DNA from: Gekko japonicus
Lineage: Eukaryota
Direction: 5' to 3'
Assembly: GCF_001447785.1 (NCBI RefSeq)
Contig: NW_015170334.1
Location: 217,356 to 281,355 of the forward strand
DNA: 64,000 nt
Shown: positions 23,770 through 35,915 of the stretch, piece after piece
How the letters are laid out: each line of letters starts with the position of its first letter
Position numbering within the stretch: the stretch's first letter is position 1
Program-made: the position numbers and the translations under genes
The notes under the pieces: generated by a model
What the model saw: only the letters and a program-made list of their open reading frames with translations
Databases searched by the model: none
Told to the model about the DNA's origin: nothing

Positions 23770-23983
23770 AGTCTGCCAGCTCTAGTGGGGAAATACCTGT
23801 AGATTTGGGGGTGAAGCCTGGAAAGGGCAGGGTTTGAGGAGGGGGGAGACTTCAGCAGGGTACAATGCCATACAGTCCACCCTCCAAAGCAGCCATTTCT
23901 CCAGGGGAACTGATCTCTGTCATCTGGGTATCAGTTGTAATAGTAGGAGATCTCCAGGCCCCACCTGGCAGTTGGCAACCCTG
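23770..23983. mobile_element. GGTTGCCA..TGGCAACC short repeat family (MITE-like)
   Basis: Same family recurs at about 27020-27218, 27344-27557, 36665-37270, 38070-38252, 61121-61290 and 62372-62905. Confidence 0.7.
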
Positions 23984-24373
23984 TCTGCCTTGGAAACTGG
24001 TATGTTCTTTAATGAATATTTTCTTTGTTAAGATAAAGATCTTTGCTGTGCCTGTAGTTGGCCACTATCCTTCAAGAGAAATGTGGCATGATTCAGCAAG
24101 GGCACTATATGCAAGAATTGGGCTTCAGTGCAGGATTCAGCCTTCTAGATAAAATCCCAGGCATACAAGGGGAACTAGTACTGGAAGTGTGCATGCCACA
24201 TCTGTGCATTTCACATGCTTTGTCAAGTCATGCCAGCTGGAGAGGAACAGAATCCTCATAGATGATCAGCATGAATAGCACCAAGAACCACAGTCAGGGT
24301 GCTGGCTGTGGAGATTTTGTCTCCCAAGCTGCTGCTCTTTGTAAGGTTTTTCAGTTGGGTAATTGCCTGATCT

Positions 24374-24720
24374 GGAGCTGTGGTGGCTCAAGTGGTTAAG
24401 ACGCTGAACTGCAGGCTGTGGAAGGTCAGTAGTTCAGCAGTTCGAGACCGGGGTGCCGCATGATGGAGTGAGCTCCCATCTCTAGTTCCAGCTCCTGCCA
24501 ACCTAGCAGTTCGAAAGCAAGAAATTGCTAGTAGATAAATAGGCACCACTTCGGTGGGAAGGTAACAGCGTTCCATGCGCCTTGGTGTTTAGTCATGCCG
24601 GCCACATGACCACGGAAACGTCTTCGGACAGCGCTGGCTCTTCGGCTTTGAAACGGAGATGAGCACCGCAACCCTAGAGTCGGATTCGACTGGCTTTCGA
24701 GCAAGGGAACCTTTACCTTT
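24374..24720 (+). mobile_element. Sauria SINE, full length
   Basis: tRNA head (GGTGGCTCAAGTGG, GTTCGAGAC), CCTGCCAACCTAGCAGTTCGAAAGC core, (ACCTTT)2 tail, TSD AATTGCCTGAT. Confidence 0.92.
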
Positions 24721-25140
24721 AATTGCCTGATTGTTTTGCTCTCTACTACTCTATGCAGTGTCAATGCCAGCAGCTGAAGCAGCAAACTGAAACAAGACAG
24801 ACCTCTCTGTCCTAAAACTAGACAGCTATTCTGTGTACCTTAAGTTACAAAGGAAGAAGGTTTTTGATGATGACCAAGTCCCTCACTCCAGTATGTAGCC
24901 TAAGAATTTGAAAGATATGTGTTGGACATTTTCCATGGTTATAACCCATCCATTCTAAAACATTGTGGGTGGCTAATTAGAAGGATGCATTACCTGAAAA
25001 CAGCAGGTGGTTAGCTGCGTACACATTTCTAATATTAGTCTCAAAGTTGTTTGTGCAAAGTATAAACAAATCCTGGTCAGATAAAACAGTGTAAAATCCC
25101 AATGTCCACATCTACAAAGCCATCCAGATATAATGGGGTC

Positions 25141-25262
25141 GATCCAGCCACTCTGCTCAGCAAAGTTTGAAGCCTTCCTCCAAATTAAGTAGCTCTTTTA
25201 TTGGAGGAAGAGTCACAAGTTGGAGGAAGGCTTCAAACTTTGCTGAGCAGAGTGGCTGGATC
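25141..25262. repeat. Perfect 43-bp inverted repeat with 36-bp spacer (foldback MITE-like)
   Basis: 25141-25183 is the exact reverse complement of 25220-25262. Confidence 0.95.
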
Positions 25263-25579
25263 CATTCCTAATGATTTGCTATTCCAGAAAAAATATATAT
25301 TTCTTGGTGATGAAATGGCTTGATCCATTCTCCTTTATTTATTGACATTATTTATTTATTTATTATTTCGATTTCTATACCGCTCATAACCCCTAATGGG
25401 TCTCAGAACGGTTTACAGTGGTCTACTTGTGTAGTGTATGCCTAACTAGGGTCACAATTTATCGGGGGGAGGGTTCCCTACCAGCACCCATGCGGCAGAT
25501 CTTCTTCCATTTCTTCTCCTGGTGGCCTCGTTTGTTCCTGACTGTCCTGGCGATGTAGTCCACCTCTCTCACTGAGACT

Positions 25580-26330
25580 GAAGGTGGATTACACAGTGTG
25601 TGTCAATGCAGTCAGTAGAATGGGACATGCAGTAAGCCATTAGGCACAGCAACTGCGCACATAAGAAAACCACATAGGGCACAGCAGAGCACACCTTATG
25701 TGCATACCAGGAACAGCACGAAGCAGTTAAAGGATATGGGGAGCTTCTCTGCATCTCCCAATGCTTGGAACCAATATTCCTTGACCAAGGAGAACCAGGG
25801 GCTTTGCATAGGATACACATACATGCCATAATAGCCTGGAAAGTGTTTGTACCTGGTCTCTGTTATGGTCTTTGGAGATCTCCCTGTATGCAGGGGATTG
25901 TTCCTGAGGTGGATTGGATTGAGGCCAAATACAGTGGCAATAAAATTGTTAGCTCTGGAATGCTTCTGAAATTACAAATAATTGATTTAGTAGGTAACTT
26001 CTTCACCAGCCTTTTTTTCTCTGCTGGAACTATTTGTTCACACATTGGTTCCTTAAAGTACAAACAATGTTCCTCCCAAAGCATTGCATGGAGCAATGTT
26101 GTGACATTTGTAGAAAAACTTGATTGATACTTCAGCTAACTTTGTGTCTATTTAGATACTTCACATGGCCACCTCGATGATTTGGTTCAATTGAAAGTGA
26201 ACAGCATTTCAAAAGTTCAGTGGCAGCATGCAGCATATTGGCTGGCTGGGCAGTCGCTTTAATGCATTCTCCCTATTTGCATGGATTTTGAGTTCCATCC
26301 AGGTCATCATATGCAGGTTCTGTACATTTA
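25580..26330 (-). pseudogene. Possible second decayed AcademX XPG plus Cys-rich remnant
   Basis: NPCK*GE..MLHAA; IIEVAM*SI*IDT..IKFF..NALGG; TITETRYKHF; YWFQALGDAEKLP; Cys-rich tail, in the expected order. Confidence 0.4.
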
Positions 26331-28841
26331 AAATAAATTATGTTAGAATGTCTGCGCTCCTTTTCCACCAGCACAGTTGCTGGCATTCTTGATGGTAGGA
26401 TTCATGGTGGGAACTTACAGGACTAAACTACAGTTCCCAGATATCAGTGCAAGAGTGTGTGGATATTTTGTGATTAATAAAATTAATGCTTTACATTAGT
26501 AGTCATGCACAATGAGGAAGGCTGGAATATCAGAGAGACAAGGTGTAGAGCACCCCCACACCCCCATCCGTGGCAAGACAGCCAAGGAAAAGCAACTCTA
26601 TTGCTAGTGGGTATTTCTTCTGTCAGGCACTTTGGGCTGGCAGAGGGAGAATAGAACAGTCCTGAAGCTGCACTTTAAGAATGTAGGTATACAGAGTATT
26701 TCTGATCAAGATCCAGATGCTGAGGCAGGCAAAATCAGTCTTGAATAGAAACATGATCTCTTTCTAGCCAGGACAGACTAGGAGGCCAACGTGGCTCTTG
26801 GAAAGGGTCCCTCTCCCAGCACCAGCTTCCAATGGCCAGTGACAACCAATGAGGAACCTTGATATAAATGGATCTACTTCTGGGGTGGAATTGATCTCTC
26901 TGACTGCTCATTCCCAGGTCTCTAGTAACCCCACCAATGGAAAGAGTTGCTCCTCACAGCAGAAATTTTTGATCAGAGCAAGGCAGTGGTATGTGGTTGG
27001 GAGCTGATGAATCTTTGTATAGGTTTGCCAATCCCCAGGGTGGAGCCTGTAGTTCTCCTGGAATTTACTGATCTCCAGACTACGGAAATCCATTCCCATG
27101 GAGAAAATAGCAGCTTTGGAGGGTGAGCTCTATGGCATCATGTCCCTGCTTAAACGTTGCCATCCTCAGGCTCTTCTCCCATGTCTCCAGGAATTTCCCT
27201 ACCCAGAGTTGGCAACCCAACCACCAATGCACATGTTACTCCCCCTTCTGTGGCTACTTTGTTCTGATCCGGCAGCTGAAGAAATGTGCTTTCCATGGGA
27301 AATACCTTTAGAGACATTCATGCTGCACTTCCAGGCTTCCAGTTAGGGTTACCAGCCTCCAGGTAGGGCCTGGAGAGATCCTAGAATTACAGCTGCTCTC
27401 CAGACTATAGGGATCATTTCCTATGGAGAAAATGCACGCTTTGGAGAGTGGACTCTACATTATACCCTACTGAGGTCCCTCCCTCCCTCCCCAAACCCTG
27501 CCCTCTCCAGGCTCCACTCCCAAATCTCCAGAAATTTCCTAACCTGGAGTTGGCAACTTTATTTGTCAGAGCTTGACCAGAGAATTTGGAGCCATGACTA
27601 AGGTCCAAAAACAAACCTCTCCAGTTTGGACACATCACAGGTGCCCATGAATATTAGAATTCTGTTCTTAATTTTCGGTAACATTGAATTTACACCTGTC
27701 TTGCTGTTCTACTGCTGATTGGCTTAAAATGTATTTAATTCTCTAATAAATAGTAATATGGAGTTTTTAGAATGTGTTTAAACACTTGTTGTATCTTTAA
27801 AGAATATCACAAATGCATAAGAGTAAAAAGCAGCATATGATTAATTATCATTGTATATGCCGTTATCTAATATTGATTACTTAAAGCTTATTTCCTAGAG
27901 CTCAGAGTAAAAAATACAAACAATGAAGGGAAAAGATAAGAAAAAAATAATAACATGAGTTTCAGTTTTCAAATCGATGGAGCAGTCTTTACAATGATAA
28001 TGCATAATTAAATGTCATAATTCTGCAGAATTTTTTTTCTCCCCTTGTTCCTTCCCCCCCTGCATGGCACACATCTCCTTTACATCACAGAAAGCTCACG
28101 GTCTGAGCCAGCTCTAGTAGTTCTAATGATCATTTTTATGATTCCTTGAGGCATACTGAACTGCAGAAATATGTCACTAGAGTCCAATATTAATATGCTT
28201 CTATCATCATGATTAATTTAACCTTTTGGAGATTATAAGAATTAAAAGCACATAATCAATCATAAAAGGTTTATAGCACTGGTTGATGTATACAGTCTAT
28301 TAACTAGCCTTTTTGTTTTAATTGGATATTATTTGCTAATGTTTCTTAAAGGCATTGTTAGTGGGCTCACTGCAATCCTCATGAAAATCAGTTGGAGAGC
28401 TCATGAGAAGCAAAATGTAGCATAAACATTTACTACATTTTACTACCCCTAATAATCTGTAGTATAAACACAGCAGTCATTATAAACTTGATTCTAGCAC
28501 ATGTTGTTGGGTTCCCCCCTCATACAAATGAAGCAAACACTGCCTTTTAGTCTGGATTGCATCAGTTATGAATATTGCTAATGCCAGGTAGAAAAAGGAA
28601 AGGAGTCAATTTTAGATAGACTGTTCTTTCTACCAGTTTAGATATTACATTTGCAGGAAATGAAAAACCAATTGAGGTATCACTTGTGGAAACAGGCTTA
28701 AATTTTAACTACAGTTTAGGCCAGAGAAACCATTAAAGATTAAAATATACTCATCTGGGGACCAATTGAGCTGAACAAAGTGGTATATTAAGACTGTGTG
28801 GATCCCTGCAAAATCCTGCATGATGAGGCCGGGTTCATTGT

Positions 28842-29572
28842 TAGAGATGTGCACCTAGAAAAACCCAGTATTTTTCTGATCTGGATTTCAAGAAGGGCAT
28901 AAATACTGGGTTCTGGAATTATTCAGGTTCCAGAGCAGCAAGTGGACACTCCAAAAAAATCTGCTTCTGAAATGGAGTCATGCTGTTCTTATTCTGTTTT
29001 GCCCATGCACAGAATATGGCACGTGGAACAGCAAACACAAAATTAATTCTCCCCCGAGGACTGTTTTGGCATGGGAAAATAGCTTTGGGGCAAAAGGCAA
29101 GAGCCCTTCCCCCAATGGCAGTGTTCTGAGCCTGCTTGGGTTCTTTATTTTTAAAAAGCCATTTCCTTCAGCTGCTATATGGCTGCAGGGAACCCAAGTT
29201 GGGTCCAGGGAACCTGGAACCAACTAGTTAAAAACCCAAACATTCAGTTGACCTTCATGGAGGGCTGTGAGAATCGTCATGATTGGGCAGACAGTTCAAG
29301 TGCTCCCTTTAACATCTGATCCTATCACTTAGGACAGCTGTCTCTTTACCTCCCTCCTCCCATTGAAAAATGGTATAAAGACATTCCTGGGTGCCTTTAA
29401 ATGGCAGCCCTGGATATTCCCAGATATTCCTGAGTATTTTAGTAATCAGCACTTGCTATTGTAAAATCTTGAATACAGTTTTGGCTGACCAGAATATGCC
29501 TAAAAACAGAGATTAAATCATTTTTTGGGGGGGTGTATTTTTGATATAAAAATATCCAGGTACACCTTCCTA
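28842..29572. mobile_element. Non-autonomous hAT element
   Basis: TIRs TAGAGATGTGCACC / GGTACACCTTCCTA; TSD TTCATTGT/TTCATTTT. Confidence 0.75.
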
Positions 29573-29739
29573 TTCATTTTACAGTAGTATGTAGCCATTG
29601 CGTGAGGACCGGTTCATTAAGCCAAACTGGCATGTAACTCAACTGTGGTGGAAAGAATCCACTCAGTTCACATTTTTGGGTGTGATGAAGCAGTCAGTCT
29701 CCCATTTTTTCTTCCTGGTAGGCTATTGTTCAGACTAAA

Positions 29740-30000
29740 CAGCATCTCAGGCCACAAGGAAAAGTATAGAAGTGGTCCCATCCCAACCACTTATTGCCTG
29801 CATAACAGAGAGGGAAGAAGAATGCAAGCTTATGTCTGACAGACCACATTTTGCAACAACAATGACCATGCATATAGTAATTGTAAGTGAAATGATGTGA
29901 ACTATTGGTTTTGTGAAGCAGTTTCTTGCACACATCCTCATAATCCACATTTTTGTGATTAACACAAGCTCTTTTGACCACATTTAAGAAGGATTGGCCA
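29740..30000 (-). pseudogene. Possible decayed XPG-like remnant
   Basis: DYEDVCKKLLH; HIISLTITICMVIVVA; LSVMQAISGWDGTTSILF (cf. FHAISGCDTTS). Confidence 0.35.
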
Positions 30001-30629
30001 ATGTAATGTGACCAGGTTCCTTTTTGTCCCAAGTCCAATTCTATATTAAAAATATAGCGGCTACTATTGTCATCTTAATAAAACAGTCTAGTGACACCTT
30101 AGAGACTAACAGAAGTTATTCCAGCAAAAAAAAATTCTTTCTTTAGTCAGTGTACTTCATCAGATGCATCTTGTTGACTTTCCTTGATGTGCTCCTGATT
30201 GCTACTATGAGTAGGTAACCTGCCACACCTTTCCTCTCATTGTTGCATATTAAGAAATAGGTTTGGAATCTGATGTTATTTCTGGAATACACCATTGCTG
30301 GACAGAGTCCCCTTACACTAGGCATGGTACCATTCAAGGGTTATCTTGCCTGGATTGGCTTTTCATTCGTGTTTCCTTTGGTGATGTTGGATTGTAATTG
30401 GGACCGGTCCAGAGGAGGGGGGTCTCTTTGCCACTAGTGATTTTTTTTTTCTTATTTAAAGGTGGGATTTGGTTCTTGGAGAGATGGAAATGTTCAGTTC
30501 GATTGCCACTGGAAATTCCAGCTGTGATGAACTTCCTGTTCTCTTTGATGCTCAAACTGACATATTCTCAGATCACATAGGAATTAAGGAATCTTGCATT
30601 TGACTTGCATCTGAAAAATTAGGTAACTG

Positions 30630-31610
30630 AAGAAGAAGAGGAAGAGAAGAAGAGATTGGATTTATACCCCACCCTTCACTTGGTGTCTAAGAGCAGCTTA
30701 CAATCTTCTTTCTCTTCCCCTCCGCACAACAGACACACTGGGTGCGTTCAGATGGGCCATTTAGTCCGCTTTCGGCACACTTCAGTAATGGATTTTATAT
30801 CCACGTTCACACACCCAACATCTGCGCACTGTTCCCAGCCATTGCTTTCCAGCTCAAACCCCCTTTAAAACTGAGTATTTTGTTACCAGGTCCCCAAGTG
30901 GTGTTTTCCTGATTCTCCAGTTCTAGACGCACTTTTCTGACGTCTGATCGCTCCTGCAGTGTCGAGACACTTCCGGTTTAAACCCCCTCCCCACTCGAAA
31001 GCTACCCGAGGCTTCCACTTTTTGCCCACCATTTTTTTAATGCGTTGGCGGTGCATGCATAGGCAGAGCTCCACCACCACATTTAGAAAACCGACATTTA
31101 AACGGTCACTTGTTTTAGTGTTTAGATGAGTTCGGGATCTCACTGAGGTCAAACATTTAAAGGGAAGTCTTTTGTTGGAGGGGTTGGATTGATTCGCCCT
31201 GGTGGTTCTGCGCGTGTGCCATGATAGTTTCCCCCCTTCTATGGAGGGGTGCCTATGCACATGTGCAAACTGAGGGGGGGAAATTAAAAACCGCACCGAC
31301 ACACGCTCCCGCACGTCAGTAATGTAGACACTGGGGAGCAACATGACTGCGCGGTGAGGTGGGATTAGGGAGGTAAGTGTGATTGCAATTATCCAGATCA
31401 AATATAATCCGGTTAGAACTGAAGCAGTTTAACCCGCTCCCAGCACGCCGTTTGACCGCACCCACTGTGAGGTAGGTGGGGCTGAGAGAGCTCTTTTGAG
31501 GACTGCTCGTGGGAGAACAGCTCTGAGAGAGGCTTCATGTGGACGAGTGAGGAATCAAACCTGGTTCTCCCAGATTAGAGTCTGTGCACTTAACCACTAC
31601 ACCAAACTAA
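30630..31610 (-). mobile_element. Squam3-like tRNA SINE interrupted by a Harbinger MITE
   Basis: (GAA)n tail at 30630-30655; head TAACCACTACACCAAAC at about 31590-31608. Confidence 0.85.
30740..31463. mobile_element. PIF/Harbinger-type MITE
   Basis: TIRs GGGTGCGTTCAGATGG / CCGTTTGACCGCACCC; 3-bp TSD ACT/ACT. Confidence 0.88.
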
Positions 31611-32589
31611 GCCTGACAATGGCTCTTTTCTCCCTTTTCTCCGTCTGAGGATAATGTGGCAAATTGAGGAAGTTAACAAATATTCCTTCTTGACCACTGA
31701 GTTTTCATAAAGAAACAGGTAATAATAGTTCTCAGATAATAATGCTGTCTGAAAGCATAACTTTGAATTTTGCTACAAATACCAATAGACTTGTGTCATA
31801 AGATATTCAGTTCTTCTAGTGGCAAAGGCAAAGATTTGGGGTTTGCTTGGTGGCTGCACTATTTTTTAGAGGATGAGGAGGGATGATACTATAAGTTGGG
31901 GAGAGTAGCTTTTAAGTAGCAATTCTTTGGCTAACTTGATTAAAATCCTGAAAGATACAGCAGTGATTTCTAATATGAACAGGAACAGCAATAGCTTTTA
32001 AAGGATTGCTAAATGACCAAAATATGATTTAAACTGTAATAGATATTGATTTCTATATTAGCATTTTTGAACCTTGTATTGCATTTCTGCTGCCCTTTGC
32101 TAAAACAGGAATGGCATATATCATTGTATTGACTGGAAAGTGATCTGGGATTATAGTATTCTTCTGCAACTCTTTAGATTGTAAAAATAATTACATGCAA
32201 ACAGGAAAGGTGAAGTTCAAAATGGTGTTGTCCTTGTGTTTTCCAAGGATGTATCAAGCATCCAAGATAAGTCAAAATGACTGAGTGGGCTAGTGGGGCA
32301 CCATCCTTTTTGATATGAATTTCCTACAAAATTATTAATAAGGACTACCTAATTATAATAATGGTTTCTTAGGTTGTCATGACAATCTAAGTCTAGTTTT
32401 CTGATGATGAACTGGTAAATGTCAGCATTTATTTGATATATGTGGTATATTCTGCTGTTTAAAGGAATAGTGAAGAGGAAAGAGAGGGAATTTTATTGAA
32501 ATTTTATCCAATTTTTTGACCAGCAATTTATTTTTATTTTTTGCTGTCTATTCGTAGTGGATAGGGTATTCAAGGACAGGGACAGTGAA

Positions 32590-32747
32590 CAGGGTATTCA
32601 AGAGATGTTCAGAAGTGGTTTGCCATTGCCTGCCTCTGTGTAGCACACCTAGACCTTCTTGGTGGACTTCAACCTAGTACTAACCAGGGTTGACCCTGCT
32701 TAGCTTCCAAGGTGAGACAAGATCAGATGGGCTGTCCAGGTCAGGGC
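32590..32747 (-). mobile_element. 5S-derived SINE
   Basis: Same family as 16150 and 35040. Confidence 0.75.
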
Positions 32748-33505
32748 ATTTGGAATTTTAGGATATTTATTTTGCTTTGGGATTAACCCTACCAAACTAT
32801 AAGCTTGTTTTTGTTCAAATTGTATACATTACTGTGAAAAATCCCACTAGTGCTATCACCCTACAAAACTTGCATGTTGTGAATAAGGGGGTGGAATTCA
32901 CATGTCATCTCTGACATGAACTTCACATAGTTTGGAATCCTGGTTTGGTGCAGAGAGAAACCATAGATTGTGAGGTGAACATCTGCTTTGCATACAGGGG
33001 GTCCCAGGTTCCATCCTTTGCATCTCCGATTAAAAGGATCAGGTAATGTGAAAGACCTCGACCTAAGATCCTGGAGAGCCATCACCAATCAAAACCATAA
33101 TGACTCTGATAGGTGGATGATAACCAAAGCAAATAAATAAATAAAAAAAACAATGGCCTGACTCACCTCACGATAAGGCAGCTTCATATGTTAACGTGCT
33201 TTTCACAAAATGGCAAAGTTTTGGAGTTGCCACAAAAGTGGATGCATTTAATTTACTAGGTTCCTGTGAGTAGGGGAAGAAAGAGAGAGGAGTATGGAAG
33301 CCATAGTTTGTCATTATGTGTGAATCATGCTTCAGCCTTATTCCAACTGACCTTCACCCTACCCCATCTACTCCCTATCCTTATTAAACAAAATTAGTCA
33401 GTCATATATTCCAATAAACAAATGGGTAAGTCACATAAACTACAGTCTCCGCTGCTTTAATAACATGGCCTCAAGCAATTAAACCCAGATGCACTCTAGC
33501 TTTCA

Positions 33506-33508
<3 letters not shown>

Positions 33509-33544
<36 letters not shown>
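33509..33544. repeat. (GT)n microsatellite
   Basis: Seen directly. Confidence 0.98.
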
Positions 33545-33546
<2 letters not shown>

Positions 33547-35039
33547 CTAACTGCTGTTCTAAAGAGCTTTATTAAAGCTTAGCATCCCCAAAATGGCCTT
33601 GCAGTTTCATGTCAGAAACTGTTATTTCAGAGCATGTCCGTGGGATTAAGAGGAGGGAATTAGAAGTTTGAGACAGTGTTTGTTTAAATTCCTGATGAAT
33701 TATACAAAGTCTGCATGTTTATCAGAAGACTGCCATTTCAGTAAGACAGAATGATGGGAACAAACACATTTAGTGAAGAATCCCACGTCAAAAGGAATGC
33801 AATTAATCTTCACTAAACCATTCTCTCCTGTGTTTTTACCAGAATGAGACAAGCACACTATAGCCCTTTTACAAATCCAGAGACAAGGACAGTGCTAAGA
33901 ATCCAAGATAACTTTTCCTTATCTGAAGGCTTTTCAAGTAACTGTAGATTATTTTGTACTGTGCTGTGCAGTTGAAAGTTGAAGGATACATTTGAACAAA
34001 AGGTAACTGATGCAGAAATGATTCTCAGGACCTTCAACAGTGCCTTTTAAAATGAGGCTGCATTTCTATTTTAATTTAGGTTACATAAATCTGTAGCATT
34101 CTCCTAAACTACAAGAATCCTTCTTTGCTACTGGAAGTGTACACTTTCAGGACCTTATAAACCAAAGTGTTTGCAAAGACAGCAGGTTGAGCCACCAACT
34201 GTGTATTTTCTCAAGATTACGCATTTAGGAACAAATTATTAATTCCAAACATTTGTTCTCCTAAGGTGTAATTATTGGTAACATTCAGGAAATGGCTTAT
34301 CAGCTTTTCTTGCTATAGTTTCTTTAACTGCTTGTGTGATGCAAATTCCTTAAGGAGAAACTGAAGACCCATGGAAGACTTGTCACAAAGCAGTCCTGGG
34401 GATAATCCAGCAATAGTGCTTATTTTGCTACCCATGCTTCATGTCACTGAAGAATTAAAAGAAAGGAAACTATGGCAGATTTTTTTAAAAAAAATGTAAT
34501 ATAAATCCAGTCACATAAATACAGAGGTGCACTTTTCAAAGGTTCACATGCATCTTCAGGAAAATAACATGCACAGTCTAACTAAAAGCTGAAACCACCC
34601 ACTATTATAACTATGAGAGTGATGGACAGATGCAAAAGATGTTGTGAGCTGAAATATTTTAAGTAAAAACACCAGAAGAATTATAACTGGTTCTTTTTTT
34701 TTAACTGTATCTTTTTTGTATCAAGAGACAATATAAATTAGTTGCTGGACCAGAGCTACCATTTTACTGTCAAGGTGGGGGATCCCCAGCCCCTGTTTCC
34801 CACTGCCACTCTTGCAGCCCATGGGAGAAAAATGATGTTTAAAATGCCTTCACTGATGGTGCGCAACATCACCTGGAAGTGATTTCAGTCCACTCCAGAG
34901 TGGCGTGACATAACTTCTGGGTTTTCCTGTGAACTGATGTCATGCTAGAACTACCAGCACCCCCCCACATGTCCTCCTCCCAGACTCCCACTAGTTGCCA
35001 TGCCTGGCTGTCCTTTGTTAGACATGTAGCCAATGGTGG

Positions 35040-35251
35040 TGGAAAGTGCTGTCAAGTCACAACTGATTTATGGTGACCCTGTAGGGTTTTCAGTGCAACA
35101 GATGTTCAGAGGTGGTTTGCCATTGCCTACCGCTGCATAGTGACCCTGGTATTCCTTGGAAGTCTCCCGTCCAAATACTACCCAGGGCTGACCCTGCTTA
35201 CCTGCCAAGATCTGATGAGATCAGACTAGCTTGGGCTATCCAGGTCAGGGC
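35040..35251 (-). mobile_element. 5S-derived SINE (5S-Sauria-like)
   Basis: 5S head on the minus strand; GTGGTTTGCCATTGCC tail. Confidence 0.85.
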
Positions 35252-35827
35252 ATAGAGTCCATAGCCGGCAAAAACGGTTCTCATGCACATTTGAGTACAA
35301 ATGTGGCACAAACCCTATATGTGAAGGTTAGGAGCAAAACATGATTCCCCCACACACATACACACACAAGGGCCTCTTTTTTAACTATTATTTTACATTA
35401 TAACCCATTTTGCATTATAACCCATTCAGACACTAGCTACTCGTTTGGGTAGCTATGTTGCTCTGAAGCAACAGAACAAAGTTTGAGTCCAGTGGTGCCT
35501 TGAAGACCAAGAAAGTTTAATTCTACATGCACACGAGAGCTAATACCCGGATTTGTCTTCTTATAATGTGACCAAAGTACAATTGCTAAAGTATACAGAG
35601 CTGACCTCTTTAAGTTGCTTCCTGTGGCAGCTGTGTCCATACAACAAACCACTGTGTGGTCATTAGATGACCTTGCCATACAAAATGCCCTGAGCACAAA
35701 ATATGCTGCAAGCTGCTGGTGGGGTTTATCAGTCCTAAACTGGGTAGACAGCTAACTCAGTACCGCTTAGGAAGAGACTGTCTAAGGGAGCAATCTTGAG
35801 TCCCATGTTATTCAATAGCCTAAGTGA

Positions 35828-35830
<3 letters not shown>

Positions 35831-35911
<81 letters not shown>

Positions 35912-35915
35912 ACAG
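35831..35915. repeat. Compound (CT)n(CA)n microsatellite
   Basis: Seen directly. Confidence 0.98.

Noticed and set aside
24374-24460. tRNA genes (also 9333, 59698)
   Set aside because: A and B boxes belong to SINEs with tails or TSDs; no full cloverleaf.
30050-30615. Penelope-type terminal repeat with a second hammerhead (CTGATGA..GAAAG on minus at about 30135-30165)
   Set aside because: Stem II and the cleavage site are degraded; element boundaries are unclear.
30883-31401. 172-aa ORF (similar cases: 47946..48491, 5231..5710, 45194..45580, 57594..57998)
   Set aside because: Chance ORFs in GC-rich TEs with no recognisable domain.
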